The notes under the pieces: generated by a model
Database searches by the model: none
Seen by the model: the letters and a program-made list of their open reading frames with translations, nothing else
Told to the model about the DNA's origin: nothing
Part shown: positions 52,493-62,984 of the stretch, piece after piece
Layout of the letters: each line of letters starts with the position of its first letter
Numbering within the stretch: the stretch's first letter is position 1
Position numbers and translations under genes: made by a program
Assembly: GCA_963769935.1 (NCBI GenBank)
Contig: CAVYNY010000010.1
Coordinates: 736,001 to 800,000 of the forward strand
Direction: 5' to 3'
From: an uncultured delta proteobacterium
GTDB taxonomy: Bacteria > Desulfobacterota > Desulfobacteria > Desulfobacterales > JAFDCJ01
Length of the DNA: 64,000 bases

Positions 52493-52831
52493 ATGAAAGA
52501 AATTATTGAAAAATTAAGAGACTTTGTCGACGCAAGAGACTGGGCCAAGTTTCATTCGCCCAAGAATCTGGCGATGGCCCTGAGCGTGGAGGCGGCTGAA
52601 ATCGTCGAACATTTCCAGTGGCTGACCCAGGAACAAAGCTATCGGTTGGAGCCGGATAAACTTGAAAAGGTGCGCGACGAAATCGGTGATGTTTTCATCT
52701 ACCTGACGATGCTCGCGGACAAGCTCGGAATAGATCCATTGGCAGCGGCTTTCGATAAAATTGAAAAAAACGAAAAAAATTATCCTGCGAGCCTGGTCCG
52801 GGGAAAATCCAAAAAGTACAAAGAATATTAG
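52493..52831 (+). CDS. MazG-like nucleotide pyrophosphohydrolase
   Basis: RDWAKFHSPKNLAMALSVEAAEI.EHFQW, DEIGDV, NYP. Confidence 0.93.
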   Translation: MKEIIEKLRDFVDARDWAKFHSPKNLAMALSVEAAEIVEHFQWLTQEQSYRLEPDKLEKVRDEIGDVFIYLTMLADKLGIDPLAAAFDKIEKNEKNYPASLVRGKSKKYKEY

Positions 52832-53110
52832 GATATCTGCCGGCGTCCACGGCATCCACTGCCGCTCTTAACTCTGCGGCACTTTTGCGAGAGAATTTAT
52901 CTGCGCCAAACCGCCCGCCTTTTAAACATTTATCGCACCTGCCCCGGCAAAGAAAGCTTGTGCCCACCTCCTAAAGTCTTAAAATTAGCCTTTCCTTTTT
53001 AATATAATTATTGCAAATTAACCTTGTAAAATTAAATTAAAGTAAAAACCGGATGAAAAAAACCCACAATCCCGCATGTGCGATTTTTCAGGTAGGATAA
53101 ATAAGGAGCA

Positions 53111-54823
53111 ATGATGAGCGGCGAAAACTTGCGACCCGATAGTTCCCTGCAGGCAATGTTCAAGACCGGAGGGCGCAGGCTCGGATTCTGGCAGGTGGGG
53201 GCCAATCTTATCGGCGCCTGTGTGGTCACTTCGTATTTCGTCGTTTTTGATCGGATATTTTCGGCGGAGGGGATCCGGTATACCTTTTATGTGGTTGCCG
53301 TCATGTTTCCCATTCTGGTCGTAATCGGCAATTTTTTTTCCAGTTTTTGGCAAAAGGATTTGAACCGCTTTTTAGCACTGGACACCGAGCAGCGGAAAAA
53401 TCATGCTGATCTGCGAAAAAAGGCCCAGCGCAAAGTCCTCGATCTGCCGCTTATGTCGGCCGCAATAAGCTTCCTTAACTGGTTGCTTGCCGCCGTTACA
53501 ATGACCACCTTTAGCCTGATTTCAGGATACGGCGGCACGGAATCATTGACAGTTCGGATAATTGACGGAATAAGGGTCTTTGTGGGCAACATCATCGGCG
53601 GCATCGTGGTGGCGGCCATTATTTTTCTTATAACCGAGGCCAAATGCCGCCGGGTATGGCCGTACTTTTTCCCTCACGGGGGTCTGGTCAAAACGCCGGG
53701 GGTAGTTCGCATCAACCTGCGCACGCGGATGTCGGTGATATTTATTCTGGCCAGCATTTTGCCGCTGATTTTAATGGGGGTGCTGTCGTATAACAAGGCC
53801 CGCCTGATGCTGGTCATGAATCCGGCGGAAGTCATCCAGAGCCTGCTGTACCTGACCGCATTTTTACTGACGGTCACCCTGGCCGTGGCGCTCATATTAT
53901 CCCGCCTGTTCAGCACCGGCATCATCGATCCGGTCAGACGGATGGAAGCGGCCATGGCCAGGGTTGAACGAGGGGACCTGACGGCAACCGTCGCGGTCAC
54001 CAGCAATGACGAACTGGGGGCGCTGGCGGAGAACTTCAACCAGATGACCGAGGGGCTCAAAGACCGGTACCGCTTGCGTCAATCGATGGATCTGGCCAAA
54101 GAAGTGCAGCAAAATCTTCTGCCGAGGGGCAATCCCCGGTTTCCCGGCTTGGATATCGCCGGCACAAGCATCTACTGTGATGAAACCGGCGGTGATTATT
54201 TCGACTTTTTCGACAACGCCGCACCCGACGCCAAAAAATATTGCGTGGTCATCGGCGATGTATCCGAGCATGGCATCCCATCCGCCCTTCTGATGGCCTC
54301 GGTACGCGCATTTTTGCGCCAGCGCTCCGCCCTGCCCGGCAGTATTGCCAGTGTGGTAACCGACGTAAACCGGCAGCTGACCTGCGATGTGGCGGAAAGC
54401 GGTCGATTCATCACCCTGTTTTACCTTCAAATCGATATGGACAAGCGCAGCCTGCGCTGGGTGCGGGCCGGACATGAACCTGCCGTGCTTTACGACCCTG
54501 CGACCGATCGTTTTGAAGAACTCGGCGGCCGGGGCATTCCCCTGGGAATCGACAGCAGCTGGCAGTATACCGAAGAAGAATATGCCGCGCTGGCGGCCGG
54601 TCAGATCATTGTTTTGAGTACGGACGGCATTTGGGAGGCCCGCAATCCGCAGGACGAAATGTTCGGCAAACAGGCCCTGTACCGCATCGTTCGCCAGAAC
54701 TCCCGCGCCGGAGCAGCCGCAATTCAGGATGCCGTCCTGGCGGAGCTGCGGCAATTTCAGCAGGAATTAGAGCCGGCCGACGACATCACGCTGGTCATCA
54801 TTAAAATCAACGGCGATAGCTGA
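53111..54823 (+). CDS. membrane HAMP plus SpoIIE/PP2C phosphatase
   Basis: 6 TM, HAMP (DELGALAENFNQM), TGGDYFD, GDVSEHG, AGH, TDGIWE, DDITL. Confidence 0.93.
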   Translation: MMSGENLRPDSSLQAMFKTGGRRLGFWQVGANLIGACVVTSYFVVFDRIFSAEGIRYTFYVVAVMFPILVVIGNFFSSFWQKDLNRFLALDTEQRKNHADLRKKAQRKVLDLPLMSAAISFLNWLLAAVTMTTFSLISGYGGTESLTVRIIDGIRVFVGNIIGGIVVAAIIFLITEAKCRRVWPYFFPHGGLVKTPGVVRINLRTRMSVIFILASILPLILMGVLSYNKARLMLVMNPAEVIQSLLYLTAFLLTVTLAVALILSRLFSTGIIDPVRRMEAAMARVERGDLTATVAVTSNDELGALAENFNQMTEGLKDRYRLRQSMDLAKEVQQNLLPRGNPRFPGLDIAGTSIYCDETGGDYFDFFDNAAPDAKKYCVVIGDVSEHGIPSALLMASVRAFLRQRSALPGSIASVVTDVNRQLTCDVAESGRFITLFYLQIDMDKRSLRWVRAGHEPAVLYDPATDRFEELGGRGIPLGIDSSWQYTEEEYAALAAGQIIVLSTDGIWEARNPQDEMFGKQALYRIVRQNSRAGAAAIQDAVLAELRQFQQELEPADDITLVIIKINGDS

Positions 54824-55032
54824 AATTAGTATAGTTGCAACATTTCAGCTGTCTGAAAGAAGCCGCAATTCAAAACGAATTTTCATGAAAATAATTTTCA
54901 TTACACGCGACCCCTGCTTCGCCTGTAGCCTTAATTCGTGTGAATTCGTGTCCATTCGTGGCTGACTAATTTTAAAAAAAACTAAAATCGTGTGAATATT
55001 CCTGTGGGATTCGATGAAAAGGAGGTCCGACC

Positions 55033-55449
55033 ATGGCTACGACGACGGTTCGCTGGTTGAATGAAACACACTTTGTGGGTATCGATTCCGGGAGGCATTC
55101 GGTGGTGTTGTCCGGGCAGGACGACGGCATTGGCGTCAGTCCCTCCCAGATGCTGCTGGTTGCGTTGTCTGCGTGTTCAGCAGTGGATGTCGTTGAGATA
55201 TTGAAGAAAAAACGCAAAAAATTGACCCTGCTGGAGATCACCGCCAGCGGCGAGCAGGATCCGGAACCGCCGTGGGCGTATCGCAAGATCCACGTCCGAT
55301 ACCGCCTCGGCGGCGAGGGGCTGACGGATAAAGCGGTTGCGCAGGCCATTAACCTCTCCCAGGAAAAATATTGCTCGGTGGCCGCTACGGTCAGGGGCGT
55401 CGCACAGATCACCACCGAATATGAAATTGTGGCACCGGATGCCGGATAG
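55033..55449 (+). CDS. OsmC family protein
   Basis: SPSQMLLVALSACSAVDV, KYCSV. Confidence 0.92.
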   Translation: MATTTVRWLNETHFVGIDSGRHSVVLSGQDDGIGVSPSQMLLVALSACSAVDVVEILKKKRKKLTLLEITASGEQDPEPPWAYRKIHVRYRLGGEGLTDKAVAQAINLSQEKYCSVAATVRGVAQITTEYEIVAPDAG

Positions 55450-55451
55450 CT

Positions 55452-55530
55452 TACCGCAGAGCTCGCAGAGACCGCCGAGAAAAAAATTTTCAGTTAATCT
55501 CCGCGATCTCTGCGCTCTCAGCGGTGAGAC
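55452..55530. repeat. CGCAGAG/CTCTGCG palindromic repeat between convergent genes
   Basis: ACCGCAGAG..GCCGAG ... TTAATCTC.GCG.TCTCTGCGCTCTCAGCGGTGAGAC, near-identical to 49921-49999. Confidence 0.85.
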
Positions 55531-55556
55531 TCTTGGCAAAAATCCAGCGGATCCGC

Positions 55557-56456
55557 CTAAAGGCCGAAAGCCTCCAGCGCCCGTTTTGCAACCACGTCCC
55601 CCCATTCCTGCACAAAATGTCCGGCTTCTTTGACTTCAAAGGGATCCGGACATCCCTGGATGACTTTTTGCAGGGCCTTCATCACCGGAGGACCGAGCAC
55701 CGGGTCCTGCATGCCGACCGCCATAAATGCCTCACCGGACCACTCCGACTTGAACCAATCCCTGGCCTTGCGGGACAGCGCGGCACCCGGGGCGTCGGGA
55801 GAATCCGGAACCATGGCCGGAAACCGGCGAACACCGGCCTTGTACCGCGCGTCCGGAAACGGCGCATTGTAGGCGCTAAGTTCATCATCCGTGAGATGCG
55901 GGCAGGTGCGTTGCATCAATTTGGGAATATCAAAATCCGGATTGTCTTTGACAAACTGCCGCCAGGCCAGAAAACCCTCCGAAAGTTTGGCTTCACCCGT
56001 GGCCAGGGCGGTGTTCATCAGCAGCAGCCGCGCGAAGCGGCGGGGCATTGCCATCGGCAGGGTCAATCCCAGCAGGCCGCCCCAGTCCTGGCAGACCAGG
56101 ATGAGGTTGTTTAAATCAAGCTGTTCAATCAACGCGAGCAGCGAGCCGCGCTGGAAATCGAATTGATAGACCTGATCCGCGACCGGCTTGTCGGAACGGC
56201 CGAATCCGAAATAATCCGGTGCCACCACGCGATGGCCGGCGCCCGTGAAAACAGGGATCATCCTGCGGTACAAAAAACTCCAGGTCGGCTCGCCGTGCAG
56301 GCACAGAAAAACGTGGGAAGCATCGCGGGGACCTTCGTCCACGTAGTGCAGCCGCATTCCTTCATAGCCTTTTAAATTCTCGATGTAGCGGGGTGCATAC
56401 GGAAAATCGGGCAGGCTGTTGAATCTTTCTTCGGGTGTTCTGAGTATTTCAGACAT
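55557..56456 (-). CDS. haloalkane dehalogenase (DhlA-like)
   Basis: LRTPEERF, LHGEPTWSFLY, GFGRSDKP, QDWGG, GHFVQE. Confidence 0.92.
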   Translation of the reverse strand: MSEILRTPEERFNSLPDFPYAPRYIENLKGYEGMRLHYVDEGPRDASHVFLCLHGEPTWSFLYRRMIPVFTGAGHRVVAPDYFGFGRSDKPVADQVYQFDFQRGSLLALIEQLDLNNLILVCQDWGGLLGLTLPMAMPRRFARLLLMNTALATGEAKLSEGFLAWRQFVKDNPDFDIPKLMQRTCPHLTDDELSAYNAPFPDARYKAGVRRFPAMVPDSPDAPGAALSRKARDWFKSEWSGEAFMAVGMQDPVLGPPVMKALQKVIQGCPDPFEVKEAGHFVQEWGDVVAKRALEAFGL

Positions 56457-56786
56457 CACATCGCCTTTCGTGCTTTGGGGATAAATTTAGGGTTGTCCGG
56501 CTTTTATTTGCAAATCCATTGCCTTTTCTGCTCGGTATCGGGATCATACCCCCAAGGCTTGACACAGCCGTTCGCTAAAACCTGTCTGACCCTTTAAAAG
56601 CTTTATTTTTGCAAGGTTTATAGGACACCAGGCCGCTCGGTCAATCTCGGGGAATTCAACCTGTTTGCCGGAGCGCGGCGGCCACTCCATCGAAAATGGA
56701 TTGCTTTTGATTCTGCCGGCATCGCCATCACCTTCACCGGCTTAAAAGATTGATAAAAAAGCGTCGCTTTTTGCAGGGTGCCCATT

Positions 56787-56957
56787 TTAAGGCAGTTTTT
56801 CAGGCTTGCAGAGATTCTGGGAGTTGACTGCACTTCGGCCGCAGTTTTTGCAGAAATACTTGGCCGGGCGGATCAGCTTGATAAATTCTTTGGTATTGGA
56901 TTCGATAAAGCCCTCTTCCTGCAGGGCGCACAAGGTTTTTTCACTGGTATCGCTCAT
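56787..56957 (-). CDS. 56-aa Cys-rich small protein (below ORF track cut-off)
   Basis: AAAGGAG RBS; MSDTSEKTLCALQEEGFIESNTKEFIKLIRPAKYFCKNCGRSAVNSQNLCKPEKLP*. Confidence 0.8.
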   Translation of the reverse strand: MSDTSEKTLCALQEEGFIESNTKEFIKLIRPAKYFCKNCGRSAVNSQNLCKPEKLP

Positions 56958-57220
56958 CGATTTCTCCTTTCAAGTGCAAATATTGCTGCATCCGGTCTGC
57001 CTTTCAGCCGCAACGAACGGATGTGCATAACAATAAATATACACTCGAGCGATCCTGTCAAGCAGGCCCTTGCCATGCCCGCAACCGGAATCGGCCAAAC
57101 AATACGACTTTGATAGACCATACAGGAGGTGACCTTATTGGGTGGGCACCCCTCCGCGGTCTGAATTAAAAGCTTTCATTTTCAACGCCAACTATTGCCC
57201 AATTTAATTGCTTAACCGCA

Positions 57221-58912
57221 TTAGAAGTCCCCGAAATCCGCGCTATCCAGCGGGATCACCTGCTCCGGGCTGACTTTCTTGGTCTGATGAACTGCGGTTG
57301 CCTTGCTTTTGAACTTTTTTACCGGGGCCTTGCGCGCCTCATGGGTTCTCGTTTGGGTTGGCCGGGTCATTGGCGACCGGCCACTGCCGAAACCGTTGAC
57401 GCTCCCCTCAACGATAGAAAGTAATTCTTGCACAAAACTGCTCAACTGCTCTGCCTGGGCGTTCAACTCTTCAGATGCCGCGGCGTTTTCCTCGGCATTG
57501 GATGCATTCTGTTGAACCACCTTGTCCATATCAGCCACGGCGGTGTTTACCTGTTCAATCCCCTGAGCCTGCTCGCGGGAGGCGGCTGAGATCTCGGAGA
57601 CCAATCCGGCCACTTTGGTAAATGACTCATTGGTCGCGACCACAATTCCGGTGCCATCCTTGACTTTATTGCTGGTATCTTCTATCAGGGCGGAGGTATT
57701 TTTAGCTGCTTCAGCTGCCCGCATGGCAAGGTTTCGCACTTCATCGGCAACCACGGCAAAACCGGCGCCCGCTTCACCGGCCCTTGCCGCTTCAACCGCC
57801 GCATTGAGCGCTAATAAATTGGTCTGAAAAGCAATTTCGTCAATGGTCTTTATTATCTTGCCCGTTTCTTCGCTCGCTTTGGATGTTTCAGCCATGGAAC
57901 GGCTCAACTCGTCCATGGCTTTGGACGCCTCTTTCATGAGGTTGTCCGCCTCCGCGGAGTTGTCGGCATTCTGCCTGGTCATGGAGGCCATCTCTTCCAA
58001 TGATGATGAGGTTTCTTCGATGGACGCCGCCTGCTCGGAGGAGCCTTCCGCCATCTGCTGGCTGGATGACGAAACCTGACCGGCGGCTGAGGCCGTCTGT
58101 TCAGCCCCTTGGCTCATGCCCTCGATGATCCGCCTGAAATTTTGTCCGGTTTCTTCCAATTCCACCGCGCTGAAGGATTTCAGTCCCTTGAATATTTCCT
58201 TAAATGGCTTGGTAATGCTCCGGGAAATGAAAATCGACAGCGTAAGGCCAACGATTACGCTGATAAAAGAAATAGCCAGCATTCCTTTTTTAGCGGATTG
58301 CTCCTCACGTTCCGCGGTAATCGAAGCCGCTGCGGTAAATTTTTCAATTTTATTTGAGAATTGCGCCAGACCATCGTCAAGCGCATTTTCTAATTTTTCA
58401 ATTTTTTCTGCCAGAACCTCGGCTTCATGAATTTTTCCTTGCTGGACCAGGCTGAATAACTGACGGGCTTGATCCTCATAATCCGCATGTTTCTTTCCGA
58501 TGGCCTTAAGGTGTTCATTGACATCGTCAAATTCTCGTCGCGCTTCGGCGGTAGCGGCCGCCTTGGCGGCATGATCGGCAATTTCCGCTCCCTGCTTGAG
58601 TGCCTCGTCTACTTTTTTGGTGCGTTCTTCGAACTGCTCCTCTGCATTTTTCAGTCCCCTTTGAGCTTCTTCCTTTGCCGCCAGGACTTCACCAAACCGC
58701 AAGGCTTGGTGAAACCAAACGGCTTGTTCCAGTTGAGTTACAGTAATCTCGGTTATAACCCCGGTCAGGGGGATATCTTCTTCGGTAACTCCTCTAATTT
58801 CTTCGCCGACATTGCCTATCTTTATAACCCCGACCACAGCGGATATCACCATTAAAACCAAAACGATTACTACCATTCCAATAATTTTGGTTCCTAACTT
58901 TAACTTTTTCAT
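57221..58912 (-). CDS. methyl-accepting chemotaxis protein
   Basis: TM-helical sensor-[40 protein letters not shown]-terminal FGDF. Confidence 0.96.
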   Translation of the reverse strand: MKKLKLGTKIIGMVVIVLVLMVISAVVGVIKIGNVGEEIRGVTEEDIPLTGVITEITVTQLEQAVWFHQALRFGEVLAAKEEAQRGLKNAEEQFEERTKKVDEALKQGAEIADHAAKAAATAEARREFDDVNEHLKAIGKKHADYEDQARQLFSLVQQGKIHEAEVLAEKIEKLENALDDGLAQFSNKIEKFTAAASITAEREEQSAKKGMLAISFISVIVGLTLSIFISRSITKPFKEIFKGLKSFSAVELEETGQNFRRIIEGMSQGAEQTASAAGQVSSSSQQMAEGSSEQAASIEETSSSLEEMASMTRQNADNSAEADNLMKEASKAMDELSRSMAETSKASEETGKIIKTIDEIAFQTNLLALNAAVEAARAGEAGAGFAVVADEVRNLAMRAAEAAKNTSALIEDTSNKVKDGTGIVVATNESFTKVAGLVSEISAASREQAQGIEQVNTAVADMDKVVQQNASNAEENAAASEELNAQAEQLSSFVQELLSIVEGSVNGFGSGRSPMTRPTQTRTHEARKAPVKKFKSKATAVHQTKKVSPEQVIPLDSADFGDF

Positions 58913-59080
58913 ACTACTATTGCCTTTCATTAAAAATTTAACGAAGCCGCCGATAGACAGCTCATATCAGGTAAAGATAGTCAGGTATTTACCCGCCCTG
59001 TTGTCAACAGCCCTGCCGGTTTTGCCTATTGGTTCTGCTGATTTCGACATTTAGATAGACCTCCGTTCGGTTTTGCTTGT

Positions 59081-59107
59081 ATATCGTCACTTTGCCGGGG
59101 AACTTGA
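59081..59107 (-). promoter_or_regulatory. sigma28-like promoter of the MCP gene
   Basis: Minus strand TCAA-N15-GACGATAT. Confidence 0.5.
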
Positions 59108-59303
59108 AGGAAATGATCAACTATAATAATATAGGGTCGGATAGTACTCTTCGAACGAAAGCTGTGGGCCGGACCCCGGGCATTTGAGCCCGGTCTCCTG
59201 TTGACTCGTAAGATGGAAGAAGGTAAGCTGATCTTCACATTCGGACAGATCAGAAAATTAAAAAACCATCCCATTTTTTGAGCGATCAGTTAAGGAAAAA
59301 GCC

Positions 59304-60170
59304 ATGGAACTGGATCCCAAATTCGCAGGCGCCCGGCTGCGCCCCTGTCGGATCGAGGTCGACCGGCGCAAGACCACCAACTACGCCGCCGCTGTCGGCG
59401 ACGACAACCCGCTTTACTTCGACGACCGGCAACCCGCCGGCCTGATCGCCCCGCCCATGCTGGCCGTGGCCCTGACCTGGCCCATCTCTTCCAACCTTGG
59501 CGACTATCTCGAAATAAAGGACTTTCCAACGGAAGTTTTCCCGACCCAGGTTCACTATACGGAAAGGCTCGATTTCCATCGACCGGTCCGGCCGGGAGAC
59601 CGGTTGACCATAAACGGCCGCATTGCCGCCATCCTGCCCCACCGGGCCGGGACGCACTGCTGGATATGCTATGAAGCCTTTGACCGGCAAAACCGTCCGG
59701 TCTTCACCGAACATAGCGGGGCTCTCTTCCGCGGCGTGGCCTGTCCGGGCGAGGGGGTCGCACTGGACCTGCCCGAGGAGCCGCAGGGCGATTGGCGCGC
59801 CGATCCGGTCTGGAGCCGCGAAATCAAGATCGACCCGATGCTGCCTTACGTTTACGACGGGTGCACCGACATTGTCTTCGCCATTCATACCTCGCCGGCG
59901 TTTGCCGCCGGCGTGGGCCTGCCCGGTGTCATTTTGCAGGGCACCTGCACCCTGGCGCTGGCCGCCCGGGAATTGGTCAACCGGGAAGCCGGCGGGGACC
60001 CGGCGCGGCTGAAAACCCTGAGCTGTCGTTTTACCGGTATGGTCTATCCGGGAACCCGGATCAGGCTGGATCTGAAATCCCGCGACAATGAAAATCTTTT
60101 CTTCGAGGTACTCAATCAGGAGGGTGAAAAAGCCGTCGGCAAAGGCTATGCACGTATTAATCCGCCCTGA
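59304..60170 (+). CDS. double hot-dog MaoC family (R)-enoyl-CoA hydratase
   Basis: YAAAVGDDNP, FHRPVRPGD, AIHTSPAFA..GLPGVILQG, RFTGMVYPG. Confidence 0.88.
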   Translation: MELDPKFAGARLRPCRIEVDRRKTTNYAAAVGDDNPLYFDDRQPAGLIAPPMLAVALTWPISSNLGDYLEIKDFPTEVFPTQVHYTERLDFHRPVRPGDRLTINGRIAAILPHRAGTHCWICYEAFDRQNRPVFTEHSGALFRGVACPGEGVALDLPEEPQGDWRADPVWSREIKIDPMLPYVYDGCTDIVFAIHTSPAFAAGVGLPGVILQGTCTLALAARELVNREAGGDPARLKTLSCRFTGMVYPGTRIRLDLKSRDNENLFFEVLNQEGEKAVGKGYARINPP

Positions 60171-60337
60171 GATATAGCTCATTCAAAGTTGTGAGCAGTT
60201 CTTTAAAGCTGAAGGAACTTGTTGGACTTTACGGCCGGCGGATTGATACCTTTAGGCTGCGCATAATTTTTTTTTCTTGTATCTTAGCGGCAGCTTTAAG
60301 ATGAAAAACCGGTTAAAGCTAAGGGAAGGAGGATCTC

Positions 60338-61933
60338 ATGACCTGGCAGGATCTTAATCAAACCTGGCACTACGTGGAAAAATGGGCTGCAGCCCGGCCC
60401 GCAGCCGAAGCCCTGGTTTTCGGAGATGAACGCGTAACCTGGGCCGGATTCAAAAAGGACATGGATCGGACGGCCAAGGCCTTTTTGGAGGCCGGCGTCC
60501 AAAAGGGCGACCGCATCGCCATGCTTTCCATGGCCAGGACCGAATTTCCCATAACCTTCATGGCTGCAGGCAAAATAGGGGCCATCTGGCTGGGGCTCTC
60601 CCCCAAATTTACTCTGGATGAACTGCGGTTCATCCTCAATGACTGCAGGCCGGCGGTCCTCATCACCCTCGAGGAATACATGGGCCAAGACCTGGGACCC
60701 ACGCTCGAGACCCTGATGGCGGAGTGCGGCTTTCTTAAAAAAGTCCTCGTCATCGGCAGCGCCATCGAAGGCGCGGCGAGTTATGCCGCCTTTGTCGACC
60801 GGGACCGCCCCGAACTCGATGAAACTTTGGCCGCCCGGGCCGCCGAAGTCGATGAGCACGACGAGGCCCTGCTCCTCTATACTTCCGGGTCCACCGGCAA
60901 GCCCAAGGGCGTGGTTCACACCCACCGCAGCATTGTTGCCAACATTCGGGTGGAGATCGACAAATTCTATTTTGGCCAAGACACCCGCACGCTGCTCCAC
61001 TTTCCCATCAACCATGTAGCCGCGGACGTGGAGATCGGATTCGGCGCCATTATGGCCGGCGCCTGCCTGGTGCTCATGGACCGCTTCGATCCGGCCGCCA
61101 CCCTGGCCGTGATTCCCGGCCAAAGGATAACCGCCCTGGGGCAGATCCCGGCCATGTTCCTGATGGAGTTCAAGGAGCCCACCTTCGGCCAAACCGACCT
61201 AAGCAGCCTCAAGTCCTTCTTGTGGGCCGGCGCGGCCGCACCCAAGATCATGATCGACGTCCTGGGCAATGTCTGCCGGCAGACCGGCGCGCTCATGTTG
61301 ACCGGGTACGGCTCCACCGAAACCTGCGGATTTGTCACCTACACCGAGAAAGGCGACGGCGTTGAAAAGCTGCTGAAGTCGGCCGGCAAAATCGTCCCGC
61401 CGTTTGAACTCAAAATAGTGGACGAAAACCGCCGTGAAGTGCCGGTCGGACAGGTTGGAGAAATCGCGGTGCGCGGCGCCTTCCTGATGAAGGGCTATTT
61501 CAACGATCCCCAGGCCACCGCCGCGGTCATTGACGGGCAGGGCTGGTATTACACCTCGGACCTGGCTTCCAAAGATGCCGACGGCTATATATACATTGCC
61601 GGACGCAGGTCGGAAATGTACAAATCCGGCGGGGAAAACGTATACCCGCGCGAGGTCGAAGACCTCATCGAAACCCACCCGGCGGTTCTGTTTGCCGCGG
61701 TTATCGGCGTGCCCGATGAAATCTACCAGGAAGTGGGCTGGGCCTATGCCATGCTCAAGCCCGGGCAGGAAGTTTCCGAAGAGAAGCTCCAACAGCTCTG
61801 CAAGGAGAAACTGGCCAATTTCAAGGTGCCCAAACGCTTCTTCGTCCGTCCGCTGCTGCCGCTGCTGGCCAGCGGCAAGGTGGACAAAATGGGCCTTAAA
61901 AAGGAGGCTGCAAAAATCCTGGCCGAAAAGTAA
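60338..61933 (+). CDS. AMP-binding acyl-CoA synthetase
   Basis: YTSGSTGKPKG, GYGSTE, SDL, SGGENVYPREVE, GKVDK. Confidence 0.95.
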   Translation: MTWQDLNQTWHYVEKWAAARPAAEALVFGDERVTWAGFKKDMDRTAKAFLEAGVQKGDRIAMLSMARTEFPITFMAAGKIGAIWLGLSPKFTLDELRFILNDCRPAVLITLEEYMGQDLGPTLETLMAECGFLKKVLVIGSAIEGAASYAAFVDRDRPELDETLAARAAEVDEHDEALLLYTSGSTGKPKGVVHTHRSIVANIRVEIDKFYFGQDTRTLLHFPINHVAADVEIGFGAIMAGACLVLMDRFDPAATLAVIPGQRITALGQIPAMFLMEFKEPTFGQTDLSSLKSFLWAGAAAPKIMIDVLGNVCRQTGALMLTGYGSTETCGFVTYTEKGDGVEKLLKSAGKIVPPFELKIVDENRREVPVGQVGEIAVRGAFLMKGYFNDPQATAAVIDGQGWYYTSDLASKDADGYIYIAGRRSEMYKSGGENVYPREVEDLIETHPAVLFAAVIGVPDEIYQEVGWAYAMLKPGQEVSEEKLQQLCKEKLANFKVPKRFFVRPLLPLLASGKVDKMGLKKEAAKILAEK

Positions 61934-61979
61934 AGCCTTAAGTTGCAAAAGATATTTATGCAGCGAGGGCTTATGGCAT

Positions 61980-62621
61980 TCATTTACGGCAGCATATCAG
62001 CTTGCTTCTTCCCGAGGGGGTGCGGCGCAATGTCACCGCGGGGAAAACCTGCTGAAACGGCTTAAGACCGGATTCCACAAACTCCCTGGCATCGGCCGAT
62101 CCCATTGCCATGAGCCGAAGGCGAAACATGAACCTGGCCACAGGCCGCGTGGGCACCTCGTGCTCCATGATCAGCACGACGCCGTCATTGCGGACCACGC
62201 GCTTCATTTCATGCAGCGCTTTGGCCCGCTCCTCTCCTTTGAGTTCGTACAGGGCATGGGAGCAGCTGACAACATGGAACAGGCTGTCGCCAAACGGAAG
62301 GCCGGCGGCGTTTCCCTGAATAAAGGCGACGCCGCCGGCCGAACTTTTTTGCCGGGCCGCAAGCAGCATGCCCCGCGAAAAATCGCAGCCGATAAGGGTC
62401 CCCAGGGGATGGCGGTCGGCAAAAGCCGATAATACCGCGCCCGTCCCGCAGCAAATATCGAGGACCCGCGGTTTCTCAACCTGATCCAGGGCCGCCCCGT
62501 CCACGAGAAATGAGCGTGTGCCGGTTTCATCCCGGCGGGCATGCAGCTGGATGAAACGGTCATAGAAATGTGAAAATACATCGTAGTAGCGTCGCCGCCA
62601 AAACCTTGATCGGGTTTCCAT
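61980..62621 (-). CDS. class I SAM-dependent methyltransferase (UbiE-like)
   Basis: VLDICCGTG, DFSRGML, LPF, EMKRVVR.DG. Confidence 0.9.
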   Translation of the reverse strand: METRSRFWRRRYYDVFSHFYDRFIQLHARRDETGTRSFLVDGAALDQVEKPRVLDICCGTGAVLSAFADRHPLGTLIGCDFSRGMLLAARQKSSAGGVAFIQGNAAGLPFGDSLFHVVSCSHALYELKGEERAKALHEMKRVVRNDGVVLIMEHEVPTRPVARFMFRLRLMAMGSADAREFVESGLKPFQQVFPAVTLRRTPSGRSKLICCRK

Positions 62622-62684
62622 TGCGCAGGGTTTGCTTTACTTTATGAGTCAAATATGATGGAATCATGAAAAAGGAATATTGTG

Positions 62685-62963
62685 ATGGATATCCGCCTGG
62701 ATCTTTCCCGGCATTGTATCGAAACCGAGATTAAAAAACAATATAACAAAGCGGTTTCGGCCTACTTTAAGGGCGGTATGGAAGAAAAACGCCGTCTGGA
62801 GTCGACAATTGAAGTGATGGGCCGGGCGCTCGAGATCCTGAATTTTTCGCATTTGCGGACCCAATATCCGCCGCTCGCCGGCGGCAGCGACCGGGAAGTC
62901 ATCATAGCCTGCGAAAAGGAGGATTTAATGATAACCATTGACGGAAAAAAGCTGAAGGATTAG
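62685..62963 (+). CDS. small hypothetical protein
   Basis: AAGGA RBS; 92 aa, LSRHCIETE..LRTQYPPLAGG. Confidence 0.7.
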   Translation: MDIRLDLSRHCIETEIKKQYNKAVSAYFKGGMEEKRRLESTIEVMGRALEILNFSHLRTQYPPLAGGSDREVIIACEKEDLMITIDGKKLKD

Positions 62964-62984
62964 CGGGAACCGGGAGAAGCTTCT

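Noticed and set aside
50334..52831. DinB-DUF2130-MazG as a defence operon
   Set aside because: Genes are separated by repeats and each is common alone; no further support
58931..59300. Possible c-di-GMP riboswitch upstream of the MCP
   Set aside because: GGCAAA stretches are present but the GAAA tetraloop and GACGCAAAG core were not found
59286..62432. Several 250-300 aa overlapping ORFs
   Set aside because: Shadows of the MaoC, acyl-CoA synthetase and methyltransferase genes
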